The notes under the pieces are model-generated. The model saw only the letters and a program-made list of their open reading frames with translations. It ran no database searches and was not told where the DNA came from. This document shows positions 12,001 to 21,000 of a DNA stretch of 64,000 bases, one piece after another. How positions within the stretch are numbered: position 1 is the stretch's first letter; the number at the start of each line of letters is the position of its first letter. Source of the DNA: a virus (lineage: Duplodnaviria > Caudoviricetes); IMG/VR virus record IMGVR_UViG_3300031994_000045, positions 1-64,000 of that record; one strand, given 5' to 3'. A program made the translations under genes and the position numbers.

Positions 12001-15000
12001 CCGTATGCCTGCTCCAGCCTCTCGAGGTTGGCCCGGTACGCGTCGGACCATTTCCGGCTCCCGTCCACCGCGGCCCGGATCTCCGAGAGGTCGGCGTTCT
12101 CCGCGAGGTGCCACCCGTAGCGGAACGACGGGTCCAGGACGTTCACCTGCCCGGACGAGTAGGACCGGCCGACGCCGAACGCCGCCTTTTCGGCGGCGGA
12201 GAGGACCCTCGCGTCGCGGAAGCAGTCCTTGTCGTACTCCGTGACCCCGGCCGAGTACGAGTATTTGACGGAGTACGTGCCGTCGGGGTTCCTCGTGACC
12301 TCGCTGGCCTTTATGCCCGAGCCCATGAGCACCGCGTGCATGGAGTTCACGTAAGGCTTCATCGCGCCCGCGTAGACCGTGTTCATCCTGCGGACGACCC
12401 GTTCCTGGACGTCCTGGCTGTTGGGATGGGCCCTGTACGCGGCGTACAGGTCCGGGTCCGTCTTGAGCAGCTCGTCGAAGAACCCGGGCTGCGCGCGCAG
12501 GAGAAGGTACGGGACCGCCCGCGACACGTTGATCGCCTTCGTCGCGTACCACGTGAAGTCGGCCTGCTCCGGAACCATCTTGCGGAGCCTGCCGGAGTTC
12601 GCGACGACGTCGCGCGTCCAGTTGGTCGCGGCCGGATGCTCGAGGGAAGGCCTCGCGCTCGCGTCCGAGTTGGCCATCACCTGGCCGGACATCGTCCGCG
12701 TGAAGTAGCGGACGCGGAACCCGCCGGACTCGCTCGCGACGACGGAGAGCTTGTCGCCGTCCTCCGTCCCGTAGTCCTGGAAGAGCCCCGACTCGGAGAG
12801 CGGCTTCGTCTCCGTGACCTCGCCCGTCGGCAAGGTCCACTCGGCCTCGATGGACCCGACGTCCTCCGCGGACAGCTCGGACTTTCCGAGGACCTTGGCG
12901 ATGACCGGGAGCATGGTCGTCACGGACGCCGCGGAGTTCTTGAACGCGGGAACGACATGCGACCCGCCGAGGAGGGATTTCGTTTCCCCGTCGACCCGGA
13001 CGTCGAACCTGACCACGTTCCCGCTGGCGTCCTTCTCAAAGCCGAACGTCAGCTCCTTCCCGCCGGCCTTGACGGTGAACGGCTTCCCGGATTTCGCGAA
13101 AAACCCGCACTTGTCGCTGACGGACCCGGTCTTCACCGTCTCCATGTCCGTGCAGAACGTGGTCGACGACTGGAAGAACGCCTCGACGAGCTTCAGCGCG
13201 GATTCCCTGTACGCCTTGTCCTCGTCCGAGAGCGGCGCGTCGGGGGCGGGAAGGTCGAGCGTCCCGGCCTTTATCCCCAGGACCTCCTCCAGCCTCCGGC
13301 GCTGTACGCGGCAGGCCTCCGCCAGGGCGCCGGACGCCGGGACCGGATCGGTCTCGTACATGCCGAGCCCGAAGTCGTGGCCCTGTCCCTTGAAGAACGT
13401 CGCCCCGAGCACGTGGTTCTTGAACGACACCGCGCGCGGATTGGTCGCCTGCGCGCGCTGCGACTCGATCAGGAACCCGTGGTTCAGGTACATGCCGAGG
13501 TTCTCGCCGGCGTCGTTCCCGGAGACCAGGATGTCGCAGTACAGGCCGGGCGTGACCCTCGTCTTCCCGTCCATCGCGGTCACGGCCGCGTCGACCTCCT
13601 CGACCTTCCCGTCGACGGTCTTGCGCATCCGGTCGCGGTAGGTGGAGAACGGGACGCCCTGCGCGAGCAGCACCTGGACACGCTTGGGGTCGATCTGGTC
13701 GCATCGCGCCGCCGACGCGACGACCGCGTATATCGCGCGGTAGAGCGCGTCACGGTCGGCGGACGTCCCGAGCTTCGTCCCGTCGTCGACCGACCTCGGG
13801 AGGACCCCGTCCTCGACCATCTTCCGCGTGACCTTGTTCATCGCCCAGTCCGCGCCGGCATGGATCCCGTCCAGGACCGCCTGCATCACGTCGTGCGGCA
13901 GGCAGACCGAGTACACCGTGGGCTTCTCGCCGTGGTACAGCTCGAAGTAGCCCGTCCTCGTGTCCCCGCGCACGAACCGCGAGATGTTCGCGTTCGCCAC
14001 GATCACCGACAGGTGCTGCTTGTCCACGAGCCTGTTGTTCTCGAGCCTCGCGCCCGCCGTCACGGCGACCAGCCGGGTCCCGTCCTCGAACCGGCCTCCC
14101 CTCTGGAGGTAGCCGTCGAGGACGCCGAGCGGGGCCAACAGCCTGTCCTCGATCGACATCATCATGACCGGGGGCGACGCCGGGGTCGCCGTGACCTGCG
14201 AGGAGTCCTCGATGGACTCCTGCCGCGTGCCGGACATGCGCTCCACGGAACGCGGGGCCGACGCCGCGTACAGCTTGAACACGGAATCGAAGTACGAGCT
14301 GACGGCGCCGCCCGTCATCGGGTTCTTGAACCACTGGTAGCGGGGCGCCGCCTGCGGCTGCGGGTTCCCTCTCGCGAACAGGCGCGCGATCACGTCGTCC
14401 GACAGCGCGCCCAGGAGGTCGCCGACCGAAAGCCCCGCGCTCACGATGTCGTCATACTGCTTTTTCTTTTCCCCTTCCTTGCTGAAGGTCGGCGTGCGGC
14501 CCTTCGTCCACGTCGCGCGCTGTATCGCGGCGATCGTCGGGTTCAGGACGGCGGAGCTCAGCAGCACGCACCTGGACTTGAGCTCGGCGCTGGCGGCGCA
14601 CGACCTGAACAGCTTCAGCAGGTCGTCCGCCACCCTCTCCATCGCGGCCCCGTCCTTCGCGTTGCGCACGGACCGCACGATCCCGCCCAGGAGATCGGGG
14701 CTCCGGAGCGCGTACGCGAGCTCGTTCCCGGGTCCGATCACGTAGTCGAGCGCGTCCGCGACGGCGGCCATCCGGCGGACGAGCGCGTTCGCGAACGCGA
14801 CGAGCGTCTTGTCGTCCCCGGGGGCCTTCTCGAACGCAGCCCCGATCTCCGCCCCTTCGTTCGCGGGGGCCAGTATCCGCTCGAGCTCGGCTATCGTCTT
14901 CGTCCTGAGCGGGGTCCCCGCCTTCTTTTTCTCGAACCATTTCGCGGACCCGGTCGAGAGCAGCAGGTTGTCGAGCGCGGACATGGTGTCGGACATCTGG

Positions 15001-18000
15001 GACGACGTCGACCCGGACGGGAACAGGCGCGACATCGCGTGCGCCACGGACGCGCGGACGGAAGACACCGACGCGAGGCCCGCGCTTCCGAACGTCTCGA
15101 GCGCGCCGACACCGTCGTAGTCGGCGACGGTGACGCGGTTGACGTCGAGGGGCGCCATCGTGCCGATGAGCGCGAGGGCCTGCGCGCGGCGCTTTCCGGT
15201 CGGCGGGATGTTCCGCACGCCGTTCAGGACGAACGCGAGCTCGTCGTGCCCGGCCGCGTGCAGCGCCGACACCGCCCTGGAGAGGACCGCTCCCGTCGTC
15301 TTCAGCTCCGCGGAGACCCGCGACGAGTCATTCCACACGCCGGTCGCGTCGGAGATCCTCCCGGCCGCCATGCCTTCGCGCATGGAGCGGAACACGTTGA
15401 ACAGCATCGCCAGCGGCTCCAGCGCGTCGGCGCGGGACAGCCTCGCCGACCTCTCGGCCTCCAGCTCGGCGATCGCCTTGGCGGGCGCGTCCGTCCCCTT
15501 CAGCCGCTCGGCCTCGGCGGCCAGCCTGTCCGCGGCCTCCCTCTCGGACCGGACGATCCTCGGGATCTCCGCGGACATCCGCGCGAGGACCTGCGTGAAC
15601 GCGCCGCCCTCGGACGGGAACACGTAGCTCCACTGCCGTCCGAGGTCCATCAGATCCTTGTTCTCTATCGCGGCGTTGGCGCGCTTCGCGTCGAAGAAGA
15701 TGTCCTGGTTCCCGGAGCCGTCCGAGATCGTCTCCGCGAGCGAGGCCCACTCCTCGTCGTCCTCCCTCTCCTCGGCGTTCCCCGCCCCGGCCGGCTCCTC
15801 GGCTCCCGCCGCGTCCACGAACATGGACCATATCCGGTCCGCGTTCGCCTTGTAGCATCCGCGCTCGAACAGGAACCGCAGCACGGCGAACCTGGACTTG
15901 AGGGCGAGCTCGCGCCCGCCGGCGCCCCCGGGCGGCGCGCTCATGAGCCCGGGGCTCAGGAACTGGAGGTTCCGCCCGGCCGCGAACGCGACGTCGTCCG
16001 GGACGACGTCCGCCGCCTGCGGGCGCACGACCTTCTTGTCGGTCTCCGAGGACACCCCGCCGAACCCGCTGCCGATGCTGGGGGCCTCGTCGCCCGCGTC
16101 CCCGCCGCTGTCGAGCGCGTGCTTGAGCACCCTGTACATCTCGGCGGAGCTGATCGTCCCGCCGGCCTTCCTGTACGCGTCGGCGAACGCCTTGCACTTT
16201 CCTCCCACGGCCCCGACGAGCAGGCGGACGCTGCGCTCTGCGACGTCGGTGAAGTTCGTCACGGTGGTGTCGTCGATGACCGGAGGGACGCCGGAGGCGA
16301 GGCCGGCGGCGCTCATGTCCCCGGGGACACCGTACCACTGGAACACGATGCCCGTCTTCCTGGCCCCCTCCCCGCCGTTCGTGAACATGGCGGACGCGCG
16401 CGACGCCATGAGGTCCGGGCCGGAAGGGGCGAACGCGTCGAGGAACCGTCCGAGCCCGTCGAGCCGAATCGTGCCGTCCGGACCCGCCGCGTCCTCGGCG
16501 AAGAACCCCCGGCCGCCCAGCGACTCGTCGAGGGCCGAGATGAACAGCGGGACCCACGGGCTGCGGCGGGCCCGGTCCGCCACGTAGGCGAGCTCCGGGC
16601 CGAAGAGGAACCCGTTGCCGTACTCGTTCAGCCCGCGCTCGTCGCTGAACACGGCGATCGCGGCGGCGATGGCGCCCATCCTGGACGGGTTCACGCGGCC
16701 CGGCGAGGAGGGCAGGCTCGCCATCGCGTCCCTCACGCGCTGCGCCATCTCGGGGTTGCTCTCCTCGAGCTCGGCGATCGCCTCGTCCGCGGCGCGGGTG
16801 AACGCCTTGTCCATCTCCCACAGGATCCCGACGAACGCTGACGGGTCGTCGAACGCCTTGCCCGGCTTGGTCGCGGCGTCGTAGATGGCGCGAGAGAACG
16901 CCGAGCGGAGCATCATCTCCGAGTCTCCGCCGGAATAGTAGTCGCTCTGGAGGTAGACCGTGTCGCCGAACGCTATGCCGTTCGGCCGGATCGAATAGCT
17001 CGCCTCCCCGCGGTACGTGTCGGTCGCGGCCGCGTCCTGCTTGCTCCTCGTGATCCCGAAGCGCTCCAGCATCAGCTCGGCCGCGCGCTCGTAGCCGACG
17101 GAGAACGGATCCCCTTCCTTTCCGGTACCGCGCACGTACCGGCGCGTGTCCGCGTCGTCGGCCGCGAGCTCGGCCGCGAGCGCGCGGGCCGTCGCCTCGT
17201 CGTCGTCCTGCTGCCAGTCGCCGTCCACGCGACGAAGCTGGGGCGGGTAGAGAAACTCGTCCACCTCGATGCCCTTCTCCCGATCCACCCCGTAGAACGC
17301 CTCGTACGCGGCGCGGGCCTTCTCCCTGGTCCCGTGCAGCAGGAGGACGAGGGACGTCGCGTCCTTCGACGAGATGCTGTCGTTCTGCAGGACCGCGAAC
17401 TCGCGCCACCTGGCGACGACGCCCCGCCGCACGGTCGCGACGCCGTCCGGACCGACCTGCGTCACGTCGCTGTACGTTCCGTCAGGCTTGGGGACGGGAA
17501 CCTCCTCGAGCATCCGGGTCGCCTCCAGCACGGTCGAGCCGGTGACGGACACTCCGTTCGCGGTCAGCGTGACGGTCCGGTTGCCGTCCTTGTCGCGACC
17601 GTACGACGTCGTCACCTCCGCGGTCGTCCCGTCGGCGTACTCGAACGCCATCGGCTCCGAGTTCTCCACGGCGAGCCGGAGCTGCGTGAGGTACTGCGCC
17701 GCGGCCTGCTGGTTCTGCGCCTCCGTGAACTCGCCGTAGTACCGTCCCATGGCGAACATTACCCGGCGGAGGTCGCCGGGGGCCAGCTGGCCGGAGGGGT
17801 CCAGGCGAAGAAGCTCGCCGACGTCCACCGTGCGGGCGAGGGCCGCGTCCTTCACGTGCCCGCCGTTCGACACGTCGTACACGGCGCGCATGTTGCGGAA
17901 GGCCGGCATCGCCCTGATCGCCGCGACGACCTCCGGCGTGTTGCCGTAGCGCATCGCGCGGTCGTAGCTGAAGGCTATGCTGGTCGTGTTGACATTGCCG

Positions 18001-21000
18001 AACCTCGAGTGCGTATTCATCGCCACCGCGTCGCTCGCGGCGATCCTCGCCAGGCCTTTCACGATCTCCGCCTTCGCCGCGGCCATCTCCTTGCCGGCGA
18101 CCGCGGCGCGGAACTTCTCGTCCCGGAAATCCTCCGTCGTCTCCGTCCCGAACCGGTACACGACCTTGCCGCCGGACTCCTCCCGGTGCTTGTGGGCGAC
18201 GACGCGCAGGGCGGCCTCGTTGACGTCGCCTTTCGACACGGCGAGGACGTTGCGGGCGGCGAGAAACGTCTGCGCGTACTCGCGGAGGGTCGTGCGGTAT
18301 TCCTCCTCCCCCTCCTTCTTGAACTCCTCCAGAATGTCGCCAGAGACGTCGCCGAGGGACCGGCGCCGCAGGGCCTCCGCGTCTTCCGCCGTCATCTTCC
18401 CGTCCCCGACCATCCGCTGGAGATACCGGTCCCGGCCGGCCTGGACGGAGCGCTCGTACAGCTGGCCGACCTCCCCCATGAGCTGCCTGGGGAGCTGCGC
18501 TTCCTCTATCGCCCACTGGACCGGGTTGCGCGCGGCGAGCTCCAGGCGGCCCGTCGTGATCGCATCCAGTATGCCGGTGACGCGCATGAGGGCCCGGCGG
18601 CCCCACCAGTGGCTCTGGCCGAGCTTGTACTTGAAGTCGAGCCACTTCTTGCCGAGCCTGCCCATGGCCTCGGCCGTCTCCCCCGCGTAGTCGGAGGAGA
18701 ACTGGTTGACCTGCACGCCCTCCCGGACCGAGAGCCGTTCCCTGACCTCGGCCGTCAGCGCGGCGTCGTTCGACACGAAAGGCAGCGCGGCCGTGATCTC
18801 GCTCGCGACGGTGCCCGCGTCGGCGTCGTCCGTCAGCTTCAGGTCCGGGCCCCGCCTGACGAACTCGGCGTACTCGCTCCCGTCGGCGAGGGCCTTCCGC
18901 TTCGCGGCGTCCATGTACCCGGGGTCCTTGCGCTTCAGCCGCTTGATCGCCTCGACGCCTTCCTTGCCGAACAGCGCCTCGGCCTGGTGGTCCGCAAGCT
19001 GCTTTTCCAGGTCCGCCTCGGTGTTCGAGAGGTCGATGATCCGCTGGGCCTTCTCCCGGAGAAGCGTCTCCATCTCGCCGTCGGAGATCTTGGCGTCGGA
19101 GATGTCCTTGTTCTTGTCGTTCGGCACGAACGACTTGTCCGCCAGGGCGGCCTTGACGGCCTGGGCCCGCGTGGGGGCGCGGGTGTCCTCCACGACCTCG
19201 CCGTCCACCTCCACGGCTCGTCCCGGCCGAGACTCCGGATGCCCCAGCACGTCGGCCCACGCCTTCTCCTCCCCGCCTTCTCCGACGGTCGCCTTCTCGT
19301 AGAGCGCCTGCGCCCCGGCATTGTAGTCCGAGAGCGCCTTGGCCGCGCCCTCGGAGCCGGCGGTCAGCGTGACGGTCGGCTCCGTGTTCTGGTTCTCCGC
19401 GATCAGCTTCGCGTCGTCCAGGGTCTCCGAGACCACCCCCGCCCCGAGGCGCGAGTAGAGGGAGTTCATCGTCAGCTGCGTCACCGCCGGGAACGAGAAC
19501 GACACCGCTTCCACGAGAAGCTGGTGCGGGTCCGGAAGCAGGCCGTGCATGGCCGCGGCCCACCGGTCTCGGGCCGTCGAGTCGGACGGTGAGTCGTCAA
19601 GCCCCATGAGCCCCTGGAAAAACCCGCCGTAGCGCTCCTCCGCCATCTCGGCGAGCACGCCGTCATACCCGACCCGCTGGAGCCACGACGCCATCTTCTG
19701 GGGCGTCCAGCCCTTCTCCAGCATGTTGTGCGCGACGAAATATGTCAGCCCGGCACGCATCTTGGTCAGCTTGAGCTGGTCCACCATCGCGGCCTTCACG
19801 AGGTCCTTCTCGCTCTTCAGCCCGAGCCTGGACAGAACCTCCTTGATGTTGCCGACCCCCTTCGCGCCGGCCACGATCTGCCCGACCTGCGTCTTCGACA
19901 TCGTCGGAAGCGCGGCCGAGGCGCCGCCGGTCTCGACAAGCCGCGCCGATCTCTTCCCCAGGTAGTCCGCGACGGCCTGCGTGAGCCGGGTGCGGTTGGC
20001 GGCCTCCATCATCTTCTTCGTCCCGAACACCGCCTCCAGCTTGCGGGACATGTACGAGCCGACCTCCCTCGTGGCGGCGAGGAAGGGCGCGTTCTTGAGC
20101 GTGGGCGCGGCGACGCCCTCGGCAAGGATGTTGAACCCCCGGCCGGACGATTCGGATATGTACTCGACGAGACCGGACCCGATGGCGATCGCGCGGGCAT
20201 GGTCCATCATTTCCCGGTCGCCGGTCTGCAGCGCCGTGGACTGGATGCCGAGCTGGCCCCGGACGACGAAGTCCCCCGGGCCGTTGCCGGTCGCGGCGGA
20301 CACCACGGGCCACAGCGGGACCTGCATCCCGAACTGCATCGCCCCGCGCACGGGCGCCTCGACGAACGAGGCCTTCAGCGCCTCCTTGAACGCGGCCATC
20401 TTCCCTCCGAGCACGGTTCCGCTGCGCATGATCGTCCCGGCCCCGTGGTAGATCGACGTGTCCCACCGCAGCATGCCGTCGAGGATGCCGTCCCCGACCC
20501 ACCGCGCCACGCGCTGCGCCCCGTTCACGAACCCCGTGCCCTTGTACTTGAGCATGAAGCTCCTGGTCGCGTTGTTCACCAGGTGCTCGGCCACGTCCGA
20601 GGCGTATCCCCGGCTGACGGCCTGGCCGCCCAGCGACTCGCTGATGGACCCGGTGACGGCCGTGACGGCAGACGGCCGACCGAGCGCCTTGTTCATCGTC
20701 GCCGTGAGGTACGACGCCTTCAGGTTGTTGATCTCCTCGCCGGTCAGCTTGTCGAGTCCCTTCCGCACCGCCGCACGGTCGGCCCAGTAGTTGGCGAAGC
20801 CTTTCCAGAACCCATCCTTGGCCCTGTCCGGCACGGTGCCGTACACCTTCGCGAGGGCCGCCCTCTCGAGCGACTGCACCCACCCCTGCTCGACCATGTT
20901 CGCGGCGTCCCCGTTCACCAGGAATATCTTGGCGAGCCTGGCGTCCATGGTCAGGTCGGCCACGTCCTTGAACGACTCCGCGGTCCACCTCGTGGCCTCG

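Noticed and set aside
6705-16841. 3378-aa plus-strand ORF, and similar ORFs at 1785, 4986, 17334, 19728, 22285, 31840 and 35270 (plus) and 48593 (minus)
   Set aside because: These are R/V/L/G-rich mirror-frame shadows of real opposite-strand genes, expected in high-GC codon-biased DNA, with no RBS or motifs.
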